From the NCBI RefSeq assembly GCF_000010065.1, contig NC_006576.1:1410001-1442000 (forward strand): a stretch of 32,000 nucleotides of DNA, given 5' to 3'. Each line of letters starts with the position of its first letter. Position 1 is the stretch's first letter. Source of the stretch: Synechococcus elongatus PCC 6301 (GTDB lineage: Bacteria; Cyanobacteriota; Cyanobacteriia; Synechococcales; Synechococcaceae). The notes beneath the pieces are model-generated. The model did no database searches. It was not told where the DNA came from and was given only the letters and a program-made list of their open reading frames with translations. The translations under genes were made by a program, and so were the position numbers. Below, one piece after another: positions 19,263 through 29,419 of the stretch.

Positions 19263-20411
19263 CTACTTCGCGAGTTCAGCTGCCGCTGCGGCAACCCCTG
19301 CACCCGAGGTGAAGTTGCTGTAGCCCAAGCCAGTCAGAGCCGCTTCGATCGCGGCGATCGCGGTCAACACATCGCGACCCGAGACAAAGCCCAAGTGGCC
19401 AATCCGGAAGATTTTGCCCTTCAGGTCGTCTTGACCGCCCGCCAGCAGAATATCGAAGTGCTTTTTGGTGAAGCTGCGGATGTCTTCAGCGGCAACTTCC
19501 ACCGGCGCGACTGCTGTAATTGCCGGGCTACCCACTTCATCAGCGGCGTAGAGCGGCAGGTTGAGCGCCTTGATCGCAGCGCGGGTGGCGCGGGTCAGTT
19601 TCGCATGGCGCGCAAAGATATTTTCCAGACCTTCGCGCTGCATGATTTTCAGGGCAGCATCGAGGGCGTAGTAGAGGTTGACTGGCGGTGTGAAGGGATT
19701 GGAATCCTTCTGGGCCGCTTTGCGGTACTTGCCAAGGTCGAGGTAGAACTTGGGCAACGTCGCCGTTTCGTAGGCTTTCCAAGCGCGATCGCTGACCGCT
19801 ACAAAACCCAGTCCGGGCGGAATCATGTAGCCTTTTTGCGAACCCGAGGCGACAACATCCAAGCCCCAAGCATCGATCGGCACATTGGCCGCACCCAAGC
19901 TGGTGACTGCATCAACAATGCTCAGCGCACCATGGGCGCGAATGTAACCGCTGATCGTTTCGAGGTCGTTGATCACCCCCGTCGAGGTTTCACTGTGGGT
20001 GAGGATGACCGCTTTGATTTGCTTATCGGTGTCCGCTTCCAACTTGGCGCGAATCGCTTCCGGATCGAGCGGTTTGCCCCAAGGCGCTTGCACGAGGTCA
20101 ACATCCAGCCCAAAAGCTTGCGCCAGCTTGACCCAACGCTCGCCGAACTTACCGTTTTCGCAGCAGAGAACGCGATCGCCTGCACTGAGGAAGTTGATGA
20201 TGCCCGCTTCCATGGCACCCGTACCGCTGCTGCAAAGCACCAAGACATTACCCGTCGTTTGGTGCAACCACTTCAGACCGGCGGTGGTGTCAGCGACCAA
20301 GCGGCTAAAGTCAGCGCTGCGGTGCCCAATCGGATGCTTGGCCATCGCTAGCAAGACCTGCTCCGGCACCGGCGTCGGGCCGGGGATCATCAGCATCAAT
20401 TTGTCTTCCAT
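19263..20411 (-). CDS. class V pyridoxal-phosphate aminotransferase (alanine/serine--glyoxylate aminotransferase family)
   Basis: 382-aa ORF. N-terminal MLMIPGPTPVP and the PLP-lysine context VVASGSQKGYMIPPGLGF are typical of the AGT/SPT family. Confidence 0.85.
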   Translation of the reverse strand: MEDKLMLMIPGPTPVPEQVLLAMAKHPIGHRSADFSRLVADTTAGLKWLHQTTGNVLVLCSSGTGAMEAGIINFLSAGDRVLCCENGKFGERWVKLAQAFGLDVDLVQAPWGKPLDPEAIRAKLEADTDKQIKAVILTHSETSTGVINDLETISGYIRAHGALSIVDAVTSLGAANVPIDAWGLDVVASGSQKGYMIPPGLGFVAVSDRAWKAYETATLPKFYLDLGKYRKAAQKDSNPFTPPVNLYYALDAALKIMQREGLENIFARHAKLTRATRAAIKALNLPLYAADEVGSPAITAVAPVEVAAEDIRSFTKKHFDILLAGGQDDLKGKIFRIGHLGFVSGRDVLTAIAAIEAALTGLGYSNFTSGAGVAAAAAELAK

Positions 20412-20485
20412 GGGGCCAGCTTCGCTTGAATCGTGCAGAAACTACTAGCCTACGATCTGCGCTCTCTAATCGGAAAGATTCTGGG

Positions 20486-21610
20486 ATGGCTCGTTCGGGG
20501 TATACCTTGCCAGTGTTTGCTTGTGCAGCTGCGATCGCGGCGTTGCAACGGCTGCGCCAACCAGCAGCCAGTATTCAAAGTGTCGATTGTCACTTGATTG
20601 ATCCGGATCAAACAGTGGCGATCGCGATTGAACAGGTGGCGCCTTTGAGTCCCGATCGCGCCTTGGCGATTTGCCGCAGTGATCCAGGCGATAACCTCGA
20701 CCTGACGCGGGGGACTCCGATTTGGGCTGAAGTGCAGCTCAGTCCGCGATCGCCCGACCAAGATTCGCTGGCGATCGAAGCGGGTGAAGGGATTGGTCAC
20801 AGCGAAACCGGCCCTGCCATTTATGACTACGCCCAGCGCTTATTGCGAGCAAATCTATTGCCGCTGCTCCAGACTAATGAGCAGTTAACCGTTCGACTGA
20901 TTCTGCCAGAGGGTCGGCGACTGGCGGAACGCACCGCGAATGCTGCCTTTGGCGTAGTTGAAGGACTGTCGCTACTGGGAACTCACGGCGTCGCCGAAGC
21001 CTTGAGTGCGCCCGAGCAGCTGCAAGTTTTCCGCGATCGCCTGCGTCAGCTTTCCGCTGATCCCGATCTGGTGATCTTTTGCATTGGTGAAAACGGACTG
21101 GATCTCTCGCAAAAAATCGGATTGCCCCGCGATCGCCAATTGAAAACGGCGAACTGGCTAGGGCCGTTGCTCGTCGAAGCGGGTTTGCTGGGCATCCCGC
21201 GGATTCTTCTGTTTGGCTATCACGGCAAACTCCTGAAACTGGCGGGCAGTATTTTCCATACCCATCACCATGTTGCGGATGCCCGCCGCGAAATTCTGGC
21301 GGCCTACGCGATCGCGGCTGGAGCTTCCCTAGAGCAAGTACGATCGCTGCTGGACTTCCCAACAGTTGATGCTGCCACTCAGTATCTGGATCAGACCGAT
21401 CCAGCCTTAGCCAGTCGTTTGTGGCCGCAAATTGCCGAAGCGATCGTCGATCGCAGTCAGGCTTACATCCGTCGCTACAGTGAGCAAATTCCAGAAATTG
21501 GTGTGGTGCTGTTTGGACGCGATCGCCAGTTGCTCACGGCCTCATCTCAGGCCCAGACTTGGCTGACGAACCGAGCGATCGCCCAGCCGCTACGCTACCC
21601 CAGCGCATAA
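20486..21610 (+). CDS. cbiD: cobalt-precorrin-5B (C1)-methyltransferase
   Basis: Start chosen at ATG 20486 ([20 protein letters not shown], the CbiD-type N-terminus); the track start at 20426 is TTG. Length and internal blocks ([35 protein letters not shown]) fit CbiD. Confidence 0.8.
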   Translation: MARSGYTLPVFACAAAIAALQRLRQPAASIQSVDCHLIDPDQTVAIAIEQVAPLSPDRALAICRSDPGDNLDLTRGTPIWAEVQLSPRSPDQDSLAIEAGEGIGHSETGPAIYDYAQRLLRANLLPLLQTNEQLTVRLILPEGRRLAERTANAAFGVVEGLSLLGTHGVAEALSAPEQLQVFRDRLRQLSADPDLVIFCIGENGLDLSQKIGLPRDRQLKTANWLGPLLVEAGLLGIPRILLFGYHGKLLKLAGSIFHTHHHVADARREILAAYAIAAGASLEQVRSLLDFPTVDAATQYLDQTDPALASRLWPQIAEAIVDRSQAYIRRYSEQIPEIGVVLFGRDRQLLTASSQAQTWLTNRAIAQPLRYPSA

Positions 21611-21765
21611 ATCCCCGTGATAAATTGGGGGAATCTTCAGCCCGGAAACCGAATATCAGCGTCAGCGGACGATGGCTTGTTCACCCCGCGATCGCGGCCT
21701 TCAGTTCTGCGTTTCCCGGTTGTTTTTGCCCCTTGCCGAGCCCTGCCGTGACGCTCCAGACTGAA

Positions 21766-23352
21766 ATGGAGGCTGCACTTGAAGTTGCAGCCTTGAACCG
21801 TGAAATGTTGATCATTCTGGACTTCGGGTCGCAGTACTCGGAGCTGATTGCTCGCCGCATTCGCGAAACGCAAGTTTATTCAGAAGTGCTGTCCTACCGC
21901 ACCACGGCGGATCAAATTCGGCAGCTGTCTCCCAAGGGCATCATCCTTTCAGGCGGCCCTAATTCGGTCTACGACGACTACGCGCCAGTTTGCGATCCAG
22001 AAATCTGGAATCTGGGAATTCCGGTGCTGGGCGTCTGCTACGGCATGCAGCTGATGGTGCAACAGCTAGGGGGCCAAGTCGATCGCGCCGAGCGTGGCGA
22101 ATATGGCAAGGCAGCGTTGGTCATCGACGATCCGACCGATTTGCTGACCAACGTCGAACCGGGCTCGACCATGTGGATGAGCCATGGCGACTCTGTCAAA
22201 ACCATGCCCGAGGGCTTTGAGCTGCTCGCCCACACCGATAACACCCCCTGCGCTGCGATCGCGGATCACCAGCGCAAGTTCTACGGCGTGCAGTTCCACC
22301 CGGAAGTCGTGCATTCCGTGCATGGCATGGCGCTGATTCGCAACTTTGTCTATCACATTTGCGATTGCGAACCGACTTGGACAACGGAAACCTTTGTCGA
22401 AGAAGCGATTCGCGAAATTCGGGCACGAGTCGGTGATAAGCGCGTTCTCCTAGCGCTATCCGGCGGTGTAGATTCTTCGACGCTGGCCTTCCTGTTACAT
22501 CGGGCAATCGGCGATCAGCTGACCTGTATGTTCATTGATCAGGGCTTCATGCGCAAAGGCGAACCGGAGCGCTTGATGGAGGTATTCAACGAGAAATTCA
22601 AGATTCATGTTGAATATATTCAAGCTCGCGATCGCTTCTTACAGCGACTGGAAGGCATCACCGATCCCGAAGAAAAACGCAAACGGATTGGCCACGAATT
22701 CATTCGCGTTTTTGAAGAAGAATCGCGTCGGCTCGGCCCCTTCGACTATCTGGCCCAAGGCACGCTCTATCCCGATGTGATTGAGTCGGCAGACACTAAC
22801 GTCGATCCCAAAACGGGCGAGCGAGTGGCGGTCAAGATCAAGAGCCACCACAACGTCGGTGGTCTGCCCAAAGACCTCCAGTTCAAGCTAGTTGAACCGC
22901 TGCGGCGTCTGTTCAAAGATGAAGTGCGTCAGGTTGGGCGATCGCTGGGTCTACCAGAAGAAATCGTCAAGCGCCATCCGTTCCCAGGCCCGGGCCTCGC
23001 GATTCGGATTCTGGGTGAAGTCACAGCTGAAAAGCTCAACATCCTGCGCGATGCAGACTTGATTGTTCGCCAGGAAGTCAACCGTCAGGGCTATTACGAC
23101 GAGTTCTGGCAAGCCTTCGCTGTGCTGCTGCCGGTCAAGAGTGTCGGTGTGATGGGCGACAAGCGCACCTACGCCTACCCTGTTGTGCTGCGTTTTGTCA
23201 GCAGTGAAGACGGCATGACCGCTGACTGGTCGCGGGCTCCCTACGACCTACTGGAGACGATTTCGAATCGGATTGTCAACGAAGTGAAAGGCGTCAACCG
23301 CGTCGTCTACGACATCACCTCGAAACCCCCTGGCACGATCGAGTGGGAATGA
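21766..23352 (+). CDS. guaA: GMP synthase (glutamine-hydrolysing)
   Basis: GATase motifs [18 protein letters not shown] and [11 protein letters not shown] pyrophosphatase P-loop SGGVDSS. C-terminal dimerisation region ending PPGTIEWE. Start is uncertain between ATG 21766 and ATG 21805; the track start at 21559 overlaps cbiD and is unlikely. Confidence 0.93.
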   Translation: MEAALEVAALNREMLIILDFGSQYSELIARRIRETQVYSEVLSYRTTADQIRQLSPKGIILSGGPNSVYDDYAPVCDPEIWNLGIPVLGVCYGMQLMVQQLGGQVDRAERGEYGKAALVIDDPTDLLTNVEPGSTMWMSHGDSVKTMPEGFELLAHTDNTPCAAIADHQRKFYGVQFHPEVVHSVHGMALIRNFVYHICDCEPTWTTETFVEEAIREIRARVGDKRVLLALSGGVDSSTLAFLLHRAIGDQLTCMFIDQGFMRKGEPERLMEVFNEKFKIHVEYIQARDRFLQRLEGITDPEEKRKRIGHEFIRVFEEESRRLGPFDYLAQGTLYPDVIESADTNVDPKTGERVAVKIKSHHNVGGLPKDLQFKLVEPLRRLFKDEVRQVGRSLGLPEEIVKRHPFPGPGLAIRILGEVTAEKLNILRDADLIVRQEVNRQGYYDEFWQAFAVLLPVKSVGVMGDKRTYAYPVVLRFVSSEDGMTADWSRAPYDLLETISNRIVNEVKGVNRVVYDITSKPPGTIEWE

Positions 23353-23380
23353 TCACCGCTCTATAAGTTGTTGTTGAATG

Positions 23381-23416
23381 AACGCTCTCTAGTCAGTCCT
23401 AGGGAGCGTTGTTTTT
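23381..23416 (+). terminator. rho-independent terminator of guaA
   Basis: AACGCTCTCTAG (23381..23392), 6-nt loop, CTAGGGAGCGTT (23399..23410) with one G-U pair, then GTTTTT (23411..23416), about 30 nt after the guaA stop. Confidence 0.75.
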
Positions 23417-23464
23417 AGGGATAACGGCAGAGCAGTCAGCAATGAAGAGGCGATCGCAGTAGGA

Positions 23465-25201
23465 CTACCAAGCGGGAGCTTGGGGCGATCGCGCCACTTG
23501 CAGCGCTTCTTCAATGGTCAACGGTGCGGAGTAGGCCAACCCTTGCATGGCGTCACATTCGGCCCGTGCCAAGAACTTGGCTTGGTCAACCGTATCAACG
23601 CCCCGCGCCACAATCCGCACCTTGAGGGCTTGCGACATAGCTACGACCCCCCGCACGATCGCGCGATCGTTGGCATCATCAGGGAGCCCGCGCACAAACC
23701 GGCGTTCCAGTTTGAGGGTCGTTAGAGGCAAGTTACGCAGGTCATACAGACCAATCGAGCGGCTACCGAAATCAGCGAGGCCAATGCCAATGCCTAAATC
23801 GCGCACCGCATAGACCCAATCCCAAGACTCGGCGGCAGACTCCGCTAAGCTCTGAGCAGGCAGATCGAGCTCTAGCTGCTCGGGCGGGATCTGGTAGGTT
23901 TCCAGCAAGCTGCGCAAGTCATGGATAAAGCTGGGTGACTTCCACTGTTGCGGCAACAGCGATAGAGCAAACAGACCACTAAATTGGGCACTGTTTCGCC
24001 ATTGGCTAAGCAATTGACCCGCTTGATCGAGGAACCAGCGCCCCACCGTTTCTCGGTGCTGGGACTGTTCTAAATGCTCCATCAGTTGCGAGGCCAGCAA
24101 GGTGCCTTGTTGGGGATGCTGCCAGCGTAGCTGAACTTCAAATCCCCGCAATTGGCGGTTGCGCAGGCCCATTTGAGGTTGCAGAGCGAGTGTCAGTTCA
24201 CCTGCTGCGATCGCCTGTTGCCAATCGCGATCGCGGGAATACTGCTCTGGAGCTGCCACAATGGCACTCGCTTCGAGACTGAGGTGACCTTGTTGCTGCG
24301 ATCGCGCTGTCATGGCAGCGGCTTCCGCCGCTTGGAGCAAGACCGTAGCAGGAGTCTCTGGGGTCAGGGGGACGATGCCGATATGAGCACCGCCCTCAAA
24401 CCCAGCCAAACGATCGCGAATCAAGGTTTGAATGCCGTGAGCTCGCTCTTCTGCTCGGAGTTGCACATCGGGATCGAGCAGCAGCAACCCAAATTGATGG
24501 TGGTTGAGGTGCGCTAGGGTTTCGTGGGGACGAACGTAGGCCTGAAGCCGATTGGCAATGATTTCAAGGTTTTCCTCAGCATCAGGGCTGAGGCTCGGGC
24601 TGCCATCGAGGTGTGCTGGCAGACCTAAATCAATCAACAGCAAGGCACCCGGTACGCCGCTAAATTGACTCCAAGCCAGCGCTTGATTCAAGCGATCGAG
24701 GAAAAGCTGACGTTTGGGTAGACCCGAATGCTCGTCGTAAATGCCCTGGCGCTGCAGCGCCTGTTCCTGCTCTTTAAAGGCCGTGATATCGCGTTGCAAC
24801 GCGACGTAGTGCGAGACCTTGCCTTGACCGTCCGTAATCGGTGCGATCGTCAGCTGATTCCAAAACAACGAGCCATCTTTGCGGTAGTTACGCAGAACAA
24901 CTTCGCAGGCTTGACCGTTGCGAATGGCTTGCCGGAGCGTGGTAATACCAGGCTGGGCGCGATCGCTTCCCTGCAGAAAACGACAACTTTTACCGAGCGC
25001 TTCGGCGGCGTTGTAGCCAGTTAGCTTTTTAAAGGCCGAATTGACGTAGGTCAGGATCAAATCAGGATGCGTAGCATCTGCGATCGCCACACCCTGTCCC
25101 GATGCTTCAAGAGCCGCCAGCCAAAATCGCGATCGATCCGACAGACTCAAGTCATCTGTGGCAAGTTGATCCGCGGTTGGCACCATAGGACGGGCAATCA
25201 T
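23465..25201 (-). CDS. LOV (blue-light, flavin-binding PAS) - degenerate GGDEF - EAL signalling protein
   Basis: 578-aa ORF. LOV core GVAIADATHPDLILTYVNSAFKKLTGYNAAEALGKSC(73)RFLQG ... LRNYRKDGSLFWNQLTIAPI. The GGDEF-position pentapeptide reads NHHQF (AHLNHHQFGLLLL). The EAL domain has ELTLALQPQ and GFEVQLRW, so the EAL motif reads EVQ. Confidence 0.88.
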   Translation of the reverse strand: MIARPMVPTADQLATDDLSLSDRSRFWLAALEASGQGVAIADATHPDLILTYVNSAFKKLTGYNAAEALGKSCRFLQGSDRAQPGITTLRQAIRNGQACEVVLRNYRKDGSLFWNQLTIAPITDGQGKVSHYVALQRDITAFKEQEQALQRQGIYDEHSGLPKRQLFLDRLNQALAWSQFSGVPGALLLIDLGLPAHLDGSPSLSPDAEENLEIIANRLQAYVRPHETLAHLNHHQFGLLLLDPDVQLRAEERAHGIQTLIRDRLAGFEGGAHIGIVPLTPETPATVLLQAAEAAAMTARSQQQGHLSLEASAIVAAPEQYSRDRDWQQAIAAGELTLALQPQMGLRNRQLRGFEVQLRWQHPQQGTLLASQLMEHLEQSQHRETVGRWFLDQAGQLLSQWRNSAQFSGLFALSLLPQQWKSPSFIHDLRSLLETYQIPPEQLELDLPAQSLAESAAESWDWVYAVRDLGIGIGLADFGSRSIGLYDLRNLPLTTLKLERRFVRGLPDDANDRAIVRGVVAMSQALKVRIVARGVDTVDQAKFLARAECDAMQGLAYSAPLTIEEALQVARSPQAPAW

Positions 25202-25421
25202 AGCAATTGCGGCTCTAATGTCCCGTTTAGATTAAGAGACTGAGGTTAAGTTTCTTTTAAGGCCGTTTCTTAATCCGCCAGACTCAGTTCCAGAGCGATC
25301 GCTCGTTAAAGCCTCCTCTTCAGCTGCCGATCAGACGCAGTGAGTTGCCATCGGCGATCGCAGACTGCCGTTACCTCGCCGGATTCCCGCTTAAATAAGA
25401 CAATCCTTGCCTGTCTCCGAC

Positions 25422-26465
25422 ATGCTGTCCCTTGCGATCGCTACGCTTGTTGTCCTGTTGGGCTCTGCTATCTGTTCGGCCAGTGAAGCCGCCCTACTCT
25501 CGCTCCCGCTGATTCGAGTCCGTCAACTGGCAGAGTCCCGCCGCCCAGCGGCCCTTGCCTTGCTGGCGATCAAAGAGCAGATTAGCCGTCCCTTGGCAGC
25601 CTTAGTTGTCCTCAACAACCTCTTCAACATCCTCGGCAGCATCATCATCGGGAGTCTGGCTGCGCAGGTCTTGCAATCCGCTTGGATCGGCATTTTTTCG
25701 GCGGTACTGACCCTGCTGATCATTCTGTTTGGCGAAATTGTTCCCAAAACCCTAGGGACTCGTTTTGCCCAAACCCTCGCTTTGGTTTCCGCCCAACCCC
25801 TGCGCTGGCTGACACGCTTACTGTTGCCAATCATCTGGCTGCTGGAGCATTTCACAGCACCCTTCAATGAGGGCAGTCCGCAACTGACGACGGACGAGCA
25901 AGAGATTCAACTGCTCGCCAGCATTGGCCATCAGGAAGGTGCGATCGAGCAGGATGAGCTAGAGATGATTCAGCGCGTGTTTCAGCTCAATGATCTGAAT
26001 GCGTCGGATGTGATGACGCCCCGAGTGGCGATCACCTATCTCTGGGGCGAAGATCAGCTCGAGACTGTTAAGGCAGAAATCCTGGCCTCCCAACACAGCC
26101 GCATTGTCATTGTTGATGACAGTATTGATGCTGTTTGTGGCATTGCGCTGAAGACTGAACTGCTGGCTGCTCTTTTAGCAGGCCAAGGGGATTTACTGTT
26201 GTCGGCTTTGGCAAGACCCGCTCATTTTGTGCCAGAAACAGTGCGAGCCGACAAGTTGCTCAAGACCTTCCAAAAGGTACGCGAACATTTGTTCATCGTG
26301 CTGGATGAATATGGTGGCGTCGCTGGCGTGGTCACGCTAGAAGATGTGCTGGAAGTGCTGACGGGCGAGATTGTTGATGAAACCGATCGCAATGTCGATC
26401 TACGGGCGATCGCTCGTTTCCGGCGGCGGCAGATTCTGCATCAACGTGGCCTCGATGAAGCTTGA
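25422..26465 (+). CDS. DUF21 (CNNM) transmembrane domain + CBS-pair protein (HlyC/CorC-type putative divalent-cation transporter)
   Basis: N-terminal TM region with SASEAALLSL and FGEIVPKTLG blocks typical of DUF21, followed by a CBS pair (DVMTPRVAI ... VLDEYGGVAGVVTLEDVLEVLTGEIVDE). Start at ATG 25422 is preferred over the TTG at 25407 used by the track. Confidence 0.82.
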   Translation: MLSLAIATLVVLLGSAICSASEAALLSLPLIRVRQLAESRRPAALALLAIKEQISRPLAALVVLNNLFNILGSIIIGSLAAQVLQSAWIGIFSAVLTLLIILFGEIVPKTLGTRFAQTLALVSAQPLRWLTRLLLPIIWLLEHFTAPFNEGSPQLTTDEQEIQLLASIGHQEGAIEQDELEMIQRVFQLNDLNASDVMTPRVAITYLWGEDQLETVKAEILASQHSRIVIVDDSIDAVCGIALKTELLAALLAGQGDLLLSALARPAHFVPETVRADKLLKTFQKVREHLFIVLDEYGGVAGVVTLEDVLEVLTGEIVDETDRNVDLRAIARFRRRQILHQRGLDEA

Positions 26466-26471
26466 TTCCCC

Positions 26472-26723
26472 TTAATTGACGTAGAGCATCCGTGCCTGCT
26501 CAAACACCTGAGTCAGTTCAGCATCCGATAGCTGTAAGGCAGTCGGAGCAGCGGTTCGCAAATACTGGCGCAAGCGGGCAGCATCGAGAGGCGATCGCGT
26601 TCCGGTTTGGAGTGCAGCTTGGCTCAGAAAGGGATCAAAAAATTCTTCCTGAGCAGCGAGGACGCGAAACTTGAGGAATTCCAACAGTTTGGCTTTGAGG
26701 ATTGGTGCTGTGGTGCTCGACAT
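26472..26723 (-). CDS. small hypothetical protein (83 aa)
   Basis: Start chosen at ATG 26723 (MSSTTAPILKAK...), preceded by GGAGG and lying 14 nt downstream of the ggt stop. The longer track ORF (to 26792) would overlap ggt. No family recognised. Confidence 0.5.
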   Translation of the reverse strand: MSSTTAPILKAKLLEFLKFRVLAAQEEFFDPFLSQAALQTGTRSPLDAARLRQYLRTAAPTALQLSDAELTQVFEQARMLYVN

Positions 26724-26736
26724 CGACTGACCTCCA

Positions 26737-28263
26737 TCAACAGCAACCATAGACGCCCGATCGCCGTGGATCGCCCGCTCCACAAAATTCACCAGTCGCT
26801 GTCAGTCCCACGGCATGCACGCCGCCAAAGAACATGTTGGGAGTAGTCCAAGCGATCGCAGTTTCAGAGGGTTGACTTGCTGCTTCAATCCCCGCAGGGT
26901 CCCAGCCTGGCTCCCAGTTCAACACTCCAGCCTCCCAATGCAGCCGAGGAGCCGCGATCGCCTCAGCAAGTGCGTAGCCTTCGACCGCCCAGCGATGAAT
27001 CACCTGCAGAATGGCCGTGCGAATCCGGTTGGAGCCGCCGGAGCCAAGCACCAAATGCGGGCGATCGTCTTCGCCCCAAAGCAGGCTGGGCGACATCATC
27101 GAGCCGAGGCGTTGCCCCAGCGGCCAGCGATGAAAACCCAAAGGGTGCAGATCGGCTTCGCCCAGCATGTTGTTGAGCATGATGCCGGTGTCCGGCAGGA
27201 CATGACCGCAACCTTCGCCATTGGAACTGGTGAGGCTGGCAGCGTTGCCTTCGGCATCAATGACACTGATATGCGTGGTGCTGCCCAGCCGATTCAGCCA
27301 GCCGGCAGCGGCTTGCTCAAAAGCGGCACCTGTCAGAAATTGGCGATCGATGCCAGCTTGTTGCAGTGCGCCATCCAAAAAGTCGCGGCGAGCCCTATTG
27401 GTCAACCGCATCAGCTGTACAAGATCCTGCGGATGCTGCTGAGGATTGAGGTTGATTACAGACTGATTGAGGAGCGACAAGGCAAAGGCAATCAGCAGAC
27501 CACCACTGCTGGGTGGCGGATTGGTTAGCAGACGATAGTTGCCGAAGGGAATCGCGAGGGGCGATCGCACGGCGACGGGATACTGCTGCAAATCCGTCAG
27601 TTGCAAGTTGCCGCCGGCCGCGCAGTAATTGGCGATCGCAGGCAACAGTTCGTGTTCGTAGAAGGCCTGACCCTTGGGCGCAGCCAACTCTTCTAAAACG
27701 GCAGCTAAGTCAGTGTTTCTAAAGCGATCGCCCGATCGCAGCGGTTGACCCTGCGGCTGGTAGAGCGATCGCGCTTCTGGCGTTGCAGTCACGATCGGAT
27801 CCAGTAGCCGAAAGCAGTATTCACCAAAGGCATTGATTTCTACTCCTTCGCGGCCCAGAGCGATCGCCGGTTCCAAGACGACTGAGCGCGGCAGCCGTCC
27901 CAGTTCGGCCTGCACTCGCAGCAGCCCAGCCAAGAGTCCGGGTACGGCCACAGAGCCTAAACCGATATGAAACTCCTGAATCGCATCGCCAAAATCAACC
28001 CCAACGGGATAGAAATCCTGTGGTTCTGGCGATCGCTGACTGGGCGTCTGGCAAAAGAAGTCATAGAGGCGGGGGCTTTGGTGGGGCTGGGCTGCGAGCA
28101 GAAAGCCACCTCCAGCCGGGGAGGTCAGTAGAGGCTCGGTGATCCACGAAGCCGCCAGAGCTGCGATCGCGGCATCAAAAGCATTGCCTCCCGCTTCCAA
28201 GGCCACTAGCCCAGCCGCAACGGTCTGTGGATGTCCGGCGGCGATCGCCCCCCGCTTAGCCAT
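26737..28263 (-). CDS. ggt: gamma-glutamyltranspeptidase
   Basis: Start chosen at ATG 28263 (MAKRGAIAAGHPQTVAAGLVALEAGGNAFDAAIA); the track start at 28377 overlaps the upstream gene. Autoprocessing/nucleophile context LGSTTHISVIDAEGNAASLTSSNG. C-terminal GAGDPRRSG. Confidence 0.9.
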   Translation of the reverse strand: MAKRGAIAAGHPQTVAAGLVALEAGGNAFDAAIAALAASWITEPLLTSPAGGGFLLAAQPHQSPRLYDFFCQTPSQRSPEPQDFYPVGVDFGDAIQEFHIGLGSVAVPGLLAGLLRVQAELGRLPRSVVLEPAIALGREGVEINAFGEYCFRLLDPIVTATPEARSLYQPQGQPLRSGDRFRNTDLAAVLEELAAPKGQAFYEHELLPAIANYCAAGGNLQLTDLQQYPVAVRSPLAIPFGNYRLLTNPPPSSGGLLIAFALSLLNQSVINLNPQQHPQDLVQLMRLTNRARRDFLDGALQQAGIDRQFLTGAAFEQAAAGWLNRLGSTTHISVIDAEGNAASLTSSNGEGCGHVLPDTGIMLNNMLGEADLHPLGFHRWPLGQRLGSMMSPSLLWGEDDRPHLVLGSGGSNRIRTAILQVIHRWAVEGYALAEAIAAPRLHWEAGVLNWEPGWDPAGIEAASQPSETAIAWTTPNMFFGGVHAVGLTATGEFCGAGDPRRSGVYGCC

Positions 28264-28327
28264 GCTGGTCCTCAGTGACTGCCGCGATCGTCGCAGCTTG
28301 CCGAGAGCCTGACAACAACGGTGAGCA

Positions 28328-29419
28328 TCAGGCCCAAATCGCACGCCCGAGACTGTAGAGCAACAGTGCCGAGCCAATCGCGATCGGCAGGGTAATCAGC
28401 CAAGTCCAGAGCAAGCGTCGGATTGTCTGGCGGTTGAGGGCTGTCTGGGTGGCGAGTGTGCTGCCAGCAATGCCCGCCGTCAGGACTTGCGTGGTGCTGA
28501 TCGGCAACCCCCAACGACTGGCCGTCAGGATTGTGGCAGTGGTTACCGCAGCAGAAGAGAGGGATTGGGCGGTGGTTAAGGGGCGATCGCCCATGGCTTC
28601 GCCGAGGGTGTGGGTGATCCGTTGCCAGCCAATCAGGGTACCGATCGCCAGACTGAGGGCAACGGTTACTTTGATACCGAGGGGTAAGTGGTGCTGCTCC
28701 AACGCAGTCGCAAAGCGATCGGGCAAGGCTGTCGCCAGAATCAAGAGCAGCAGTCCCATGCCCTTTTGCCCATCGTTGGTGCCGTGGCTGAAGCTCATGC
28801 CCGCGGTAGCCAGCAAGAGACTACTACGGGTTGGCCAAGTCAGGGTTGGCTCTGCCAAGGATTCCAGTTGGTCTAGGCTAGTTGGCAAGCGCGATCGCAC
28901 CAGACTCAGCAATCCGTAGGCCAGAGCAAAGCCCAGCAACGGCGAGAGTAGCAGCGCTTCTAGCGTGGCGGGGAGCGGTGGCACCGTCAAAGCCTGCCAA
29001 GTCCAGGACTGCTCACTCCACAGTTGCCCCCAGTGAACACCAATCAACGCCCCGATCAGGGTTTGTGAACTGGAGAGGGGAATGCCCCGCCACCACGTCA
29101 GCCAGTTCCAGGCGATCGCCACCAATAACAGCGCTGCCACGGCCCACCAGTCTGGGGTCTGCCCTGCCGTGGTTGGCGGTAAGAGCGCCACAATCCCAAA
29201 GGCGACTGCACCGGACGAGGCGATCGCCCCCACGAGATTCCAAAGGCTACTCCAAATCACGGCGGTAAAAGGCGTCAGTACGCGACTGTAGACCAGCGGC
29301 GCGATCGTGTTGGCGCTGTCGTGGAAGCCGTTGATCAGTTCAAACAGGAGGCAGAGCAACACCCCTAAGATCAGCCAACTGCGATCGCTACTGCCCAGTT
29401 CCAGTAAGGCCGCGATCAT
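28328..29419 (-). CDS. inorganic phosphate transporter, PiT (PHO4) family
   Basis: 363-aa polytopic ORF with the duplicated PiT signatures NGFHDSANTIAP and SHGTNDGQKGMG. Confidence 0.85.
   Translation of the reverse strand: MIAALLELGSSDRSWLILGVLLCLLFELINGFHDSANTIAPLVYSRVLTPFTAVIWSSLWNLVGAIASSGAVAFGIVALLPPTTAGQTPDWWAVAALLLVAIAWNWLTWWRGIPLSSSQTLIGALIGVHWGQLWSEQSWTWQALTVPPLPATLEALLLSPLLGFALAYGLLSLVRSRLPTSLDQLESLAEPTLTWPTRSSLLLATAGMSFSHGTNDGQKGMGLLLLILATALPDRFATALEQHHLPLGIKVTVALSLAIGTLIGWQRITHTLGEAMGDRPLTTAQSLSSAAVTTATILTASRWGLPISTTQVLTAGIAGSTLATQTALNRQTIRRLLWTWLITLPIAIGSALLLYSLGRAIWA

Noticed and set aside
19395-20351. 318-aa plus-strand ORF
   Set aside because: It is entirely antisense to the well-supported class V aminotransferase gene. 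The translation is Arg/Gly/Ala-rich and low-complexity with no motif. Long antisense open frames of this kind are typical in GC-rich DNA.
20412-20485. Cobalamin riboswitch upstream of cbiD; also an FMN riboswitch upstream of ribD
   Set aside because: The cbiD leader is only 74 bp and shared with a divergent gene, too short for a B12 element. ribD directly overlaps the preceding ORF, leaving no leader.
26815-27528. 237-aa plus-strand ORF
   Set aside because: It is antisense to ggt, which has clear family motifs. No recognisable domain; a GC-driven spurious frame.
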